A stretch of 64,000 nucleotides of DNA from a virus: positions 1 through 64,000 of IMG/VR virus record IMGVR_UViG_3300007775_000001; one strand, written 5' to 3'. Under the pieces are notes generated by a model. It was not told the DNA's origin. It ran no database searches and was given only the letters and a program-made list of their open reading frames with translations. Positions 48,612 through 58,103 of the stretch are shown piece by piece; position 1 is the stretch's first letter, and each line of letters begins with the position of its first letter. Made by a program: the position numbers and the translations under genes.

Positions 48612-50411
48612 ATGAAGATCACTAGACTGAAGCTCAACAACTTCCTGAGCTACAAGGAGCAGGAATTCTCCGACTTCGATGGGCCAGCATTGATTCTGAT
48701 CGAGGGTCACAACAAGGATCAGGGTGATTCGAACGGTTCTGGCAAGAGCAGTGTCTTCGACGGAATCTCGTGGGCACTATTTGGTCAGACTCTTCGGGAC
48801 TCGAAGACCGATAACGTCATCAACAGAGATGCAAAGAAGGCAGGTTGCTCCGTTGAACTCGATGTGGAGGTGCAGGGCAAGGTCTTTCAGATCGTACGTT
48901 TCTACGGTCATCCGTCTGAGAAGAATAACCTTTACCTGAAGGAAGATGGGACAGATGTCACATTGGGCACAACAACCCTGACCCAAAAGTTTCTTAAGAA
49001 GGCTATTGGGATCGATTTCGATCTGTTCCGCTGCACAGTTGTCTTCGCTCAGGGCGAAACATTCAAGTTCATAGACGAGACGGACAAGAAGCAGAAGGAG
49101 ATTCTGTCGAAGATCATGCGGATCGATTTTGGCCCACTCTTGGATAAGTCCAAGAAAGAAGTCTCTGGACTGGAGTCAAAGCGATCCGACGTTGAACGGG
49201 TGATTGTGTCCCTGGATGCCAAGCTGGAGATCAATCCTGAAGAGACCTACAAAGACGAGGTCGAGAAGTGGGAGAAAGAGCACCAGGAATCGATTTCCAG
49301 GGCTGAACGGATTGTTTCTGAGGCACAGGATAGGCTTGATGGAGAAGGTTCCTTGAAAGTCGATGTAGAGGCCCTGAAGGTTACTCGTGAGAAGATCGTT
49401 GATCGTATCTCGGCAATCGAGAAGTCCATCGATGAGATGCAGGACATGCGTACCAACAATCTTGCCGATCAGCGGTCGTTCGACAGTGAGTTGAATCGCT
49501 TTAACAAGCTCGTTGCTGATGGCAAGTGTCCTACTTGTCTCCAGGCCGTTGAGGCTCATGATCTGAAGAGCGAGATTGATACCCTGAAGATCAAGCGCCA
49601 TGTGGCTACGGATGCTGCTCAGAAGGCAGAGAAGGTGATCGTGGAGTGCCGTAACTCCAAGACTGAATTCGAGGCCAAGAAGGATAAGATCGATACGGTC
49701 ATCGCTGAAACAGAAGCCCACAAGAAACGGTTGGCTAATCTGGCCGATGTGCTTGAGCAGGGCAAGAACGCTCTGAATACCATCAAGACAGAGGTCAACC
49801 CGTGGGCGGATCGGATCAAGCGTGAGATGGAGGAGTACGAGAAGACCAAGTTCAAGCGTCAAGAGGCAGAGAAGAAGGTAGCGGAGATCGATGAGAAGCT
49901 TCGTTATGCTCGTTTTTGGGTGACTGGATTCGGTGATTCTGGCATGAAGTCCTTTATCTTCGATCTGGTATGCTCGTCTCTCACATCGAAAGCCAATCGG
50001 TACGTTGGTATCATGACGGATGGAATGGTATCCATCGTGTTCACCACACAGACCAAGCTCAAGAGTGGAGAGGTCAGGGAACGTTTCTCGTGCGACATCA
50101 TTACAAACGGTGAGCGTATTCCGTACGAGAGCTACAGTGGTGGCGAGAAGACGCGTATTTCACTTGCGGTTGATCTTGCTCTGTCTGACGTGATGTCGGA
50201 TTACTATGGGTCTCAATTCAATGTTGCTGTGTTCGATGAGCAAGACCTGTACATGGACAACAAGGGGCGAACGAGCTACATGAATCTGCTGAAGGAGGTT
50301 GCTCAGCGGAAGCGTGTGTTTGTTGTGGCTCACGATGACGTGTTCAAGGGTGCTTTCAGTGACTCATGGATCATCGAGAAGGAAGGTGGTTTCTCGAAGA
50401 GGGTGGCGTGA
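48612..50411 (+). CDS. Rad50/SbcC-like ATPase
   Basis: NGSGKSS, coiled coil with CPTC hook, YSGGEK, VFDE, VVAH. Confidence 0.92.
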   Translation: MKITRLKLNNFLSYKEQEFSDFDGPALILIEGHNKDQGDSNGSGKSSVFDGISWALFGQTLRDSKTDNVINRDAKKAGCSVELDVEVQGKVFQIVRFYGHPSEKNNLYLKEDGTDVTLGTTTLTQKFLKKAIGIDFDLFRCTVVFAQGETFKFIDETDKKQKEILSKIMRIDFGPLLDKSKKEVSGLESKRSDVERVIVSLDAKLEINPEETYKDEVEKWEKEHQESISRAERIVSEAQDRLDGEGSLKVDVEALKVTREKIVDRISAIEKSIDEMQDMRTNNLADQRSFDSELNRFNKLVADGKCPTCLQAVEAHDLKSEIDTLKIKRHVATDAAQKAEKVIVECRNSKTEFEAKKDKIDTVIAETEAHKKRLANLADVLEQGKNALNTIKTEVNPWADRIKREMEEYEKTKFKRQEAEKKVAEIDEKLRYARFWVTGFGDSGMKSFIFDLVCSSLTSKANRYVGIMTDGMVSIVFTTQTKLKSGEVRERFSCDIITNGERIPYESYSGGEKTRISLAVDLALSDVMSDYYGSQFNVAVFDEQDLYMDNKGRTSYMNLLKEVAQRKRVFVVAHDDVFKGAFSDSWIIEKEGGFSKRVA

Positions 50412-50929
50412 AGGAATCCGTTTTTCAGAAGGAAGTGATCAAGTCTTTCCGCGAAGCGGGGGGATGGGCAGAGAAATTCCCAGATTTCCCAACGTCTCAG
50501 ATGGACAGTGCCAACCTGGACACGGTTCGGTTCACTCCAGAGAAGCCATTCGATGTGATGGGGATGTTTAGGTTCAGAGCTTTCGCGGTGGAATGCAAAC
50601 AGATGAAGGGCTTCAAGGCTCTGAATCTTGGTATGATGCGTGACAGTCAGATCAGGGTTCTGACGGAAGTGACAGAGAGGCAGGCTGCTCACGCTTTTGT
50701 GTTCTTGAATGTGCGGATTGGCAGAACGATCAATCGTCTGATCATCTTGCCATGGGCAGACCTGTACAACAGGCTCCAAGTCAGAAGCATTGCGGCAGAT
50801 GAGTTGAGATCGATGCCTTACTTCCAGGGCAAGTTTGGGATGTTCAACATTCAGCCGTGGCTTCTTGAGAAGACCAATGCCAAATTCCAACGGAGACAAC
50901 GCATCATCAGAGCTAGAGCGAGCGGTTAG
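50408..50929 (+). CDS. RecU-like Holliday junction resolvase
   Basis: KPFD....AFAVECK PD-(D/E)xK core; RDSQIRVL. Confidence 0.65.
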   Translation: MKESVFQKEVIKSFREAGGWAEKFPDFPTSQMDSANLDTVRFTPEKPFDVMGMFRFRAFAVECKQMKGFKALNLGMMRDSQIRVLTEVTERQAAHAFVFLNVRIGRTINRLIILPWADLYNRLQVRSIAADELRSMPYFQGKFGMFNIQPWLLEKTNAKFQRRQRIIRARASG

Positions 50930-51251
50930 TCGTTTTGGCGAGATGGGAATGGCATACGGTCATTCCGATGTGTCGGTCGAAGAGGTGCCACGGGCAATTT
51001 TCGCTGCAACAGCGAGCACAACACGCCACTTTGGTCATATCGGTATCAGCATTCATCCGGAGAGTGGAAGAGCCTTTGTCCGGATCACGCTGAGATGGTA
51101 TGCTCGATGGAATTGGATCGTGTTGAGATGGCTTCTGAAGCGAAAGAGAGAGCGTTGGTTGAACCGGGCTGAAACACGATGCAGGATGGTTGTACCTAAC
51201 GGAATCCGTTTGGTCGTGTACTATGGCAAGCGTAAAATCGAAGACGAGTAA
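50877..51251 (+). CDS. Hypothetical protein
   Basis: ORF in a contiguous operon. Confidence 0.45.
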   Translation: MPNSNGDNASSELERAVSRFGEMGMAYGHSDVSVEEVPRAIFAATASTTRHFGHIGISIHPESGRAFVRITLRWYARWNWIVLRWLLKRKRERWLNRAETRCRMVVPNGIRLVVYYGKRKIEDE

Positions 51252-51600
51252 TTTGTTTCTTCAGATGCTCGTAACTATCAGGAAGGATCGTACCTACTTC
51301 CCGAAGGTCATTGATCAGTTCTGGGAACTGAACCATGAGCATCGCATCGCCCTGGTCAGGTATCTGATGGATCAGGTAGGCAAGGAATCGTGGAAAGAAT
51401 GGGCCGCCGATCCGACTCAGCATGTAGAGATCATCAAAGCGTTGTTGATGGCATACACGGGTCGCAAGGAACTCGATGAGCCGTCGCGCATTGATTTGGC
51501 AAAGCTGATCGGTGGCTATACTCAGACCAAGGAGTATCGCGAGATTGAGATATCGCTTTCTTCTTCTGTGAACGTCACAGAAGCTTTGGAGAACTTGTGA
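51223..51600 (+). CDS. Hypothetical protein
   Basis: Ends NVTEALENL. Confidence 0.55.
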   Translation: MASVKSKTSNLFLQMLVTIRKDRTYFPKVIDQFWELNHEHRIALVRYLMDQVGKESWKEWAADPTQHVEIIKALLMAYTGRKELDEPSRIDLAKLIGGYTQTKEYREIEISLSSSVNVTEALENL

Positions 51601-51970
51601 TGACCGTGCTTGAACTATTGAAGATCGGGAAAGACCCGGTCAATTTCGCTCTGGAACTGACAGAAACCGAGACCCAGAATTCTGTGTCTGTCAACGTGGC
51701 CGTCTTTGGCGGGAGCTACGATACGATCCTCCGTAGTTTGACCACGGCTGTTCGACAGGGTCTTGCTCAAATGGGGATCACAGAAGAGACCATCGATGGA
51801 CAACGAGCAGAAGGGTAGGGAGTTCAGACAGGAGGAGACTCAGAATCTCCAGAAGTCAGAGAGACCTGATGCGAAGTATATGCAGGATCGTCATCTCTGT
51901 ACTGTCTGTCACGGTGTAGCTCGTGTGTGCGAGCGTGGGGATTGTCCCCAAAGGGGTATTGGAGGTTGAC

Positions 51971-52456
51971 ATGTCTGGCGGATTGACCAATCGTCGTACT
52001 CCCTCGAAGAAGAAGCCCGGCGTGCGTCAACGCATGCGTGGGCTTCAAGGTATCGCTCAGCACAACGCCAGTCTCGCTCAAGCGAATGGCAAGAAACTTT
52101 CAGAGGCTTCTCATTGGATTGCTGCCCTGGCTGTGACAATTCATGGACTGAAGGAGAGATTCCCCGGTCTGGAAGAAGAAGTCGTTTGGAAGTGGGCGGA
52201 TTGGTTTGTCAATGCTGGCAACTACACCAAAGAGCAGATTGAGGAGCTTCAGGGTGTGGTGGCAAAGCTGCCCATCGACAAACTCAGAGTGGTGGAGAAA
52301 CCAAAGCCGGAAGTTACGCCAGAGTCAAAGCCAAGGGCTCGATTCACAAGGAACCGGGATGGCAACAATCAGAACGTGCAAGGTGGCGGACTACCTCAGA
52401 TTGGATCAGGTGGTCATCCATCCGGAGAACACAGAGCTTCGAAGGATCAGTCCTGA
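51971..52456 (+). CDS. Hypothetical protein
   Basis: GGAGG RBS before ATG 51971. Confidence 0.55.
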   Translation: MSGGLTNRRTPSKKKPGVRQRMRGLQGIAQHNASLAQANGKKLSEASHWIAALAVTIHGLKERFPGLEEEVVWKWADWFVNAGNYTKEQIEELQGVVAKLPIDKLRVVEKPKPEVTPESKPRARFTRNRDGNNQNVQGGGLPQIGSGGHPSGEHRASKDQS

Positions 52457-53081
52457 GAAGTGGGAGTCTCTGAAGAAGTCGATCCTTGAGCATGGTGTCT
52501 ATCGTCCCATCCATGTGTGGGAACAAGAACGATGGGCTTTGTCTGGCAACCATCTCCTGAAGGCGATTCGGGAGTTGGTGCAAGAGGGTCACACTCTTGA
52601 ATCGCCTTCAGGTCGTGGTTTTGTGCCGGTGATCTTCCATGATGTAGGGGAGAAAGAAGCCAAGGCGATCTTCTTCCAGACCAACAATACGTTCGCAGAT
52701 TGGGTGGAAGACAATCTGAGCAACGCGATCAAGCGATACAACGAGATCGGTGGGGATGTGTATGGCCTTGGTTTTCCTCAAGGGGAAATCGAAGCGATCA
52801 TGGGTGTGGTTGATCAGGCGATCAAAGAGACTGCACCCATCATGGAGAAGGTCGAGGAGTTGAACGAGCAGGTTATCCAAGATGCTGTCAACGATCCGCC
52901 TGTCGAGGCTCAACGGACTTTGACACTGAGCGAGGGTGTGTACGATCAGCTTGAGGGTGTGCTGATCGACATTGCAAAGCGGCTCAATCCAGATTGGAAG
53001 AAGGGCGACTCCTTCAATGAGGCGGTTGCTGCTCTGGTTCAGATTTGGCGAGAACGACAACTGTCTTCACAGGTCGCATGA
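52359..53081 (+). CDS. ParB/Srx N-terminal domain protein
   Basis: HPEN..R....ESLKKSILEHGVYRPIHV...LSGNHLLKA. Confidence 0.75.
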   Translation: MATIRTCKVADYLRLDQVVIHPENTELRRISPEKWESLKKSILEHGVYRPIHVWEQERWALSGNHLLKAIRELVQEGHTLESPSGRGFVPVIFHDVGEKEAKAIFFQTNNTFADWVEDNLSNAIKRYNEIGGDVYGLGFPQGEIEAIMGVVDQAIKETAPIMEKVEELNEQVIQDAVNDPPVEAQRTLTLSEGVYDQLEGVLIDIAKRLNPDWKKGDSFNEAVAALVQIWRERQLSSQVA

Positions 53082-53806
53082 TCAAGGTCGAGGAGTGGGA
53101 CGGTCTTCAGACCAATGTGGTCATCCACGGTGCTTTCGAAGAGGTCTACAAGAAGGCACAGATCAGGGCTGATCTTCTGGTTACGAGTCCGCCCTATCCA
53201 ACGTCTACCACGAGATACATCCCCTCACTTGGCGGGAATGTGAATGACCGTACGGTGACGCGGAACAGGTTGTACAGCAAGAGTCATGCGAAGGTTGGGG
53301 AGTCCGACTATCTCAGATGGGCTCAGCTATGCATCGGTTTCGCTCCTCTGGTGTTCTTCAATATTCCTGCTCGTGTGCTTGATTACGATCTTGGTGCAAA
53401 GCCGTTTAACCATGTCGTGTGGGTGAAGACCAATGGAGCGGTGCCATTTGCTCACAAAGGGGTGGTACGTTTCCATGAGTTTATATTGCTTTTCGGTGAT
53501 CACAAGCGGTTGAACAAGCCGATGCGCTCAGTTTGGGAGATGGCTTCACAACGAGGGTCAGATCATCCAGCACCGTTCCCGATCAATCTTCCGGCGAGAG
53601 CTATTCATTATGGTAGCAAGCCTGGAGACCTTGTGTTCGATCCGTTTGGAGGAAGCGGGACTACTGCGGCGGTAGCCAAAGCCATGAATAGGCGTTGGCT
53701 CACATGCGACACAGAACAGGAGTTCTGCGAGATGATGGATGATCGAATTGCGAGGGTGAGAACTTCAGGCGACGGGAGCCAACTTGGGGGAAGGGAGGGA
53801 AACTGA
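53078..53806 (+). CDS. DNA methyltransferase, N4C/N6A beta class
   Basis: TSPPY motif IV precedes HPAPFP and DPFGGSGTT motif I. Confidence 0.9.
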   Translation: MIKVEEWDGLQTNVVIHGAFEEVYKKAQIRADLLVTSPPYPTSTTRYIPSLGGNVNDRTVTRNRLYSKSHAKVGESDYLRWAQLCIGFAPLVFFNIPARVLDYDLGAKPFNHVVWVKTNGAVPFAHKGVVRFHEFILLFGDHKRLNKPMRSVWEMASQRGSDHPAPFPINLPARAIHYGSKPGDLVFDPFGGSGTTAAVAKAMNRRWLTCDTEQEFCEMMDDRIARVRTSGDGSQLGGREGN

Positions 53807-53929
53807 CCCCCGTCGCCTTCGGTGCCGGTAAGCATGGTCAGATTCGCATGCGATTTTTCCAAAGTCAAGAACTATTTTTGGTATTGGAAAAATTTCTTGC
53901 GTTCTCGAAGGTGTTCTGTTAGGATGATG

Positions 53930-54532
53930 ATCACGATGACACGGGCCTAGCATGGTGGTGGACGTGTCGGGTCAGTCTGTGGTGCAGGGCAAGGCTCTGC
54001 ACTTCGCTCAAGATGAAGAAGTGCAACACGTGATGACACAGATCAGTCATGCCTAACTGATCTTTGGGAAAGCGGGGAGACCGCTGACTCTAACGTGCCG
54101 GGTAGGGACGATGCGCTGATTCGCATTTGAGACTGGCGATAAGCGTTCCCGAGTCCCAGAAAGGAGGTGAGTCCCATGCTTAGTAATTGATAAACACTGC
54201 GCACTTGCGCGACCTTGAGTCTATTGAGGGGCCTAGACGGATATGAGTCTATCACTATTACGATGTGTTTAGACCATCGGTCTGTGACAGCGTGGAGGCA
54301 GATAGAAGATCATTTGGGGTCTTCTCGCAGTAGCCTTTGAAGCGTACCGCCCGTTGAAGCCAAACACATGCGATGAGAAGTATACGAGGAAAGCCCCGCT
54401 ATTGGATGCAATAGGATGGGGAAATACTGATGGGAAGGTACTGCGTAGTAGTGTCGTTTATGGATCGCCCCGAAGAGGAAAGGGCGTGGGAGCCCTGCCA
54501 TTGAAGACATTCGTTGGCAGGGTTTCTTTTTT
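53930..54532 (+). ncRNA. Candidate long structured non-coding RNA
   Basis: About 600 nt without a credible ORF between a possible promoter (TTGCGT-17-TAGGAT, 53896-53924) and a terminator. Confidence 0.35.
54488..54532 (+). terminator. Rho-independent terminator
   Basis: GAGCCCTGCCA/TGGCAGGGTTT stem plus T tract. Confidence 0.7.
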
Positions 54533-54549
54533 CCGGACAGGGAGTCGAG

Positions 54550-54780
54550 ATGGCAGAACAGGTTGATCGTCCCACCCATTACGGGGGAACAGATTGCATC
54601 GAAGCAATGGAGAAGATGCTGTCCAGAGAAGAGTTCATTGGTTTCCTTCGAGGAACCATCTTCCGATATCAATGGAGATGGCGTCAGAAGAACGGCGAGC
54701 AGGATTTGGAAAAGGCTCGTTGGTACGATAGGTATCTCAAGGAGTACATGCAGAGATGCTCTGAACCAGTTTCTACGTAG
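54550..54780 (+). CDS. DUF3310 family protein
   Basis: VDRPTHY..DCIEAM..GFLRG..Y.WR..KNG.QDLEKARWY. Confidence 0.88.
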   Translation: MAEQVDRPTHYGGTDCIEAMEKMLSREEFIGFLRGTIFRYQWRWRQKNGEQDLEKARWYDRYLKEYMQRCSEPVST

Positions 54781-54784
54781 AAAC
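54769..54784. repeat. Dispersed palindrome copy 6
   Basis: GTTTCTACGTAGAAAC containing the DUF3310 stop codon. Confidence 0.95.
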
Positions 54785-54786
54785 CC

Positions 54787-55656
54787 ATGGCTGCCAAGTT
54801 TGTTCGCACGACATCCAAGCCAGAGGGCAAGAAACCCTTCGATGTGAAGTCTCTTCGCTCGAATCGACCAGTGTTCAAGCGTCGGTCTTCTGTTGCGTTG
54901 GCGACCTCTCCGGTTCCCAAGCATGGCCCGAAGATTGCTCGCATCGAAGACCTGGATGCACTCATGGTTGAGCGTGGTGTTTTGTTTCCGCACGCTTCGA
55001 TTCGCGATTACCTCATCAATGTGAAGGGGTATTCAGAGAGTCAGTACCATATCTTCATGAAGTTCGCTCCAGCAATGGATTGGGACGAGCGCAAGCGTCT
55101 TCTTCAAGACCAGATCACACAGCAACTCGTGGCACGGCACATCGATGGAATTGCCGAAGCCCATGATATGTTTCTGAAGGCGTCCAAGCTGGGTATTGGG
55201 CGTGCTCTTGAAATGCTTGCTAGGCTTCAGGTGAGCGATGTTCCTGTCGAGGTGGAAGTTCCCGACTTGAAGAACCCTGGCAAGACCAAGGTGGTGAAGA
55301 AGTTCTCCTTGCGGAGCGTTGATCTTCTCAACATCTTGTCTGCTTTGAAGAGTGCTCAGGAAATCTACCGCAAGGCCATGGGGATTAACGACGAGGAAGA
55401 CAGCATGGTAAACCTCATGGAGCGGTTCCGACAGACCGTTGGTGCGCAATCACGGTTGAACATCACTCAAGTCAACGTCAACTCTGGTGGTGAGTCGAAA
55501 TCGGTATCTGTCGAGGGTGTTGATTACGATGACGTGAAGCTCATCCTTGAGGCGTTGCGTCAGGCCAAAACAGAGTCCAAGGATGAAGATGAGGAAGAAG
55601 TAGCGGGAGAACTCATCATCCATGGTGATCCTGTCGTGACCAAGGTTGTGAACTGA
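54787..55656 (+). CDS. Hypothetical protein (possible small terminase)
   Basis: Helical core, AQEIYRKAMGI and NITQVNVN tail; weak resemblance only. Confidence 0.35.
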   Translation: MAAKFVRTTSKPEGKKPFDVKSLRSNRPVFKRRSSVALATSPVPKHGPKIARIEDLDALMVERGVLFPHASIRDYLINVKGYSESQYHIFMKFAPAMDWDERKRLLQDQITQQLVARHIDGIAEAHDMFLKASKLGIGRALEMLARLQVSDVPVEVEVPDLKNPGKTKVVKKFSLRSVDLLNILSALKSAQEIYRKAMGINDEEDSMVNLMERFRQTVGAQSRLNITQVNVNSGGESKSVSVEGVDYDDVKLILEALRQAKTESKDEDEEEVAGELIIHGDPVVTKVVN

Positions 55657-55670
55657 CTGTCGCCCCCCCT

Positions 55671-55712
55671 CCCCTTGCGTCAGTCCGTGCAACTGACGCA
55701 AGGGGTCTTTTT
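55671..55712 (+). terminator. Rho-independent terminator
   Basis: CCCCTTGCGTCAGT/ACTGACGCAAGGGG followed by TCTTTTT. Confidence 0.88.
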
Positions 55713-55802
55713 GACTCCTCGTTTTCTTGTTGACTTCCGCTGTACTCCCTGTCATACTGTAGTCGTGGGAAGGAAGTGAGAACTCTGAATGGAGAGAGGG
55801 TC

Positions 55803-56075
55803 ATGAACAGCGCACTGCATGAAGAAAATCACGAGGAGTTTCGAGCGAAACTCCAGAGTGAGCGTGACCGGCTCCTTCCTATCTTCAACCGGGTCGCGAA
55901 TCCGGATGACTGGAAGGCTCCGATCAGCGCATGGGTGGATGCTGCCGAAGTGGACAACGTCGTGCAAGCAATCGGGTACTTCACGGCAACGGTGGCGAAG
56001 GTCGCTTGGGGTCTGAAACCGGGCAAGGCATACGTGACTTCGGTCGGCTACAGGGTTGGCCCGGCTGGGCCATAA
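55803..56075 (+). CDS. Small early hypothetical protein
   Basis: DWKAPI..AIGYFT; preceded by leader CTGAATGGAGAGAG. Confidence 0.65.
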   Translation: MNSALHEENHEEFRAKLQSERDRLLPIFNRVANPDDWKAPISAWVDAAEVDNVVQAIGYFTATVAKVAWGLKPGKAYVTSVGYRVGPAGP

Positions 56076-56292
56076 CACGGGAAAAGAGGAGACTCCCATG
56101 AAGAATTGTACATGCAAGGGGACGGGAAGACAGAGGGTCTACAACGGGAAGACCAATTTCACCATTCCTTGCACAACCTGCAAGGGTTTAGGCAAGCTCC
56201 CGGTGCGACTGGAGACGGGCAATCTCCAATCGCCGTTGGCGAACGTGCGCGTCTTCGAGGAAGGAACACAAGTCGGTTGACAAAGGAGAAAC

Positions 56293-56694
56293 ATGACTGA
56301 ACCACTGTTCACCGAAGCGGATGTGATCTACGCGGTCAATCTGCGAGACGTGGTGGAAGACGGCTGGCTGGATGGCAATGCTGGAACGCTTGCACCAATC
56401 AGCCGCAAGTTCTTCAAGCATCCGGTGTGGGCTTCTCCGGGTGTGTACACGGTGATGGAGAAGGCGGTACAGGAAGATTCGAAGTTCTATACTTTCGAGT
56501 CGCTGTGGGCGTACTTCCTATTCCGTACCGTTCGCTTCGCGGAAGACGTGAATGAATCAACTCGTAAGTTCACGTTCCAGCGTAGGACTGATGGGATGCA
56601 TCATCGTCCGGTTGAGATCATGGTCTGTGTCCAGGCGTGGGCGGTCGATGACCCCAAGCCTGTTGTGACGCTCTATCTCCCGGAGGAAGACTAG
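56293..56694 (+). CDS. Hypothetical protein (DUF6573-like)
   Basis: VIYA....VEDGWL...PVVTLYLPEED. Confidence 0.5.
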   Translation: MTEPLFTEADVIYAVNLRDVVEDGWLDGNAGTLAPISRKFFKHPVWASPGVYTVMEKAVQEDSKFYTFESLWAYFLFRTVRFAEDVNESTRKFTFQRRTDGMHHRPVEIMVCVQAWAVDDPKPVVTLYLPEED

Positions 56695-56716
56695 GGGCTC
56701 TCTCTCCCCTGCCACG

Positions 56717-56753
56717 AGAGCACTCAGGAGAAATTCTGAGTGCTCTTTTTTTT
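56717..56753 (+). terminator. Rho-independent terminator
   Basis: AGAGCACTCAG/CTGAGTGCTCT followed by a T run. Confidence 0.88.
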
Positions 56754-56756
56754 GCC

Positions 56757-56785
56757 TTGACATCATGTAGTACATGTAGTACACT
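56757..56785 (+). promoter_or_regulatory. Sigma70-type early promoter
   Basis: TTGACA-17 bp-TACACT with doubled ATGTAGTAC. Confidence 0.8.
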
Positions 56786-57064
56786 GTAACTGTGGCTGAG
56801 AGAGAAACCCTGAATAGAGGAAAGAACCCATGGAACATTATTCACATCTCATGAGTGGATGCGCTGCGAAGTTTCCTTTCTGTTACGGTGACTGTGGAGA
56901 CGATGTGAAGAAAAACGAGAAGACCGGTCGGTGGTATATCACGATGGGTCATCCGGGCTTCAATAGCACGGCCAACAACGGTAACGGGTATTCGACCGAA
57001 GCCAAGGCTCGCAGTGAACTGAAACGCTACGCACGAGCGTAGCGTTCTGGTCGAGAGAGAGATC

Positions 57065-57361
57065 ATGTCAACAACCGTGGCGCAGACGATTCTGAAGCAG
57101 TTGGGTGGTGGTCGCTTTGCACTGATGACGGGTGCCAAGGGCTTTACGAGTACCGGCAACGGAGTGTTCTTCCGGATCGGTCGCAATCATCGAAGCATCA
57201 ACAAGGTGTCGGTCGATCTGATGGGCGATGACACCTACACCATGAAGTTTTGTCGTGTGCGCAAGAGCGTGGCAACGGTGGCGAAAGAAGTCAAAGGGCT
57301 GTACTTCGATCAGTTGCAAGAGGTCTTCACACGGGAAACTGGGATGTACACTCACTTGTAG
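57065..57361 (+). CDS. Conserved phage hypothetical protein
   Basis: AQTILKQLGG.RF..MTGAK...DTYTMKF...F..ETG.YT.L. Confidence 0.7.
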   Translation: MSTTVAQTILKQLGGGRFALMTGAKGFTSTGNGVFFRIGRNHRSINKVSVDLMGDDTYTMKFCRVRKSVATVAKEVKGLYFDQLQEVFTRETGMYTHL

Positions 57362-57370
57362 GGAAACGAG

Positions 57371-57910
57371 ATGACCAAATATACGAGGTTCCAAGACATC
57401 CCTCAGATGGTCGAAGCCGGGAGTTACGAGGTAGACATCCCGTGGGACTATTTGGAAAAAGGGCTGGCAGGCTACCTGGAGCAAGGTTTGGTGCTTGAGC
57501 CGGACTTCCAGCGTGGTCATGTGTGGAGTGATGAGAAGCGCACGGCATACGTGGAGTTCTGTCTTCGCGGTGGTCGTGGAAATCGTACGATCTTCTTCAA
57601 CTGTCCTGGCTGGCATTCGGTGCGTCGATTGACTGCGGGGAGTTTTGTGCTCGTAGATGGTTTGCAGCGGTTGACCGCCGTGCGGATGTTCATGAGGGAT
57701 GAACTGAGAGCATTCGGTTCTTTCTTCAGCGAGTACACGGATCGGATGTGGTTGTTCGGTCTGTCCGCTTCATTCCGTTTCAACGTCAATCGGTTGGAAA
57801 CGCGGGCCGAAGTGCTCCGGTGGTATCTGGACATGAACACAGGCGGCGTGGTGCATGCGGAGAGCGAGCTTGACCGTGTGCGTGAACTGCTCAGCAAGGA
57901 GACGGTATGA
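57371..57910 (+). CDS. Stand-alone DUF262 (ParB-like/GmrSD N-terminal) protein
   Basis: PDFQRGHVW and VDGLQRLTA motifs. Confidence 0.8.
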   Translation: MTKYTRFQDIPQMVEAGSYEVDIPWDYLEKGLAGYLEQGLVLEPDFQRGHVWSDEKRTAYVEFCLRGGRGNRTIFFNCPGWHSVRRLTAGSFVLVDGLQRLTAVRMFMRDELRAFGSFFSEYTDRMWLFGLSASFRFNVNRLETRAEVLRWYLDMNTGGVVHAESELDRVRELLSKETV

Positions 57911-58103
57911 AAGTCAAAGGGCATTTGTTCACGATCAATCAGAACGTCACGCAAGGTGATCTGAACCGGCAAGTATATTGAATGTCGGGGTCTGGGTTGC
58001 GGCTGAAGCTCAAGGGGAATTCCGTCTTGCAAGAACTGGCTTCTCTGTAGTGGACATTTTTCGCGCAACGTGGTAGGCTGAATCACAAAACGGGAGATTC
58101 CAC

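Noticed and set aside
54386-54397. RNase P RNA suggested by GAGGAAAGCCCC
   Set aside because: Deviates from GAGGAAAGTCC and no matching 3' P4 strand is seen before the terminator
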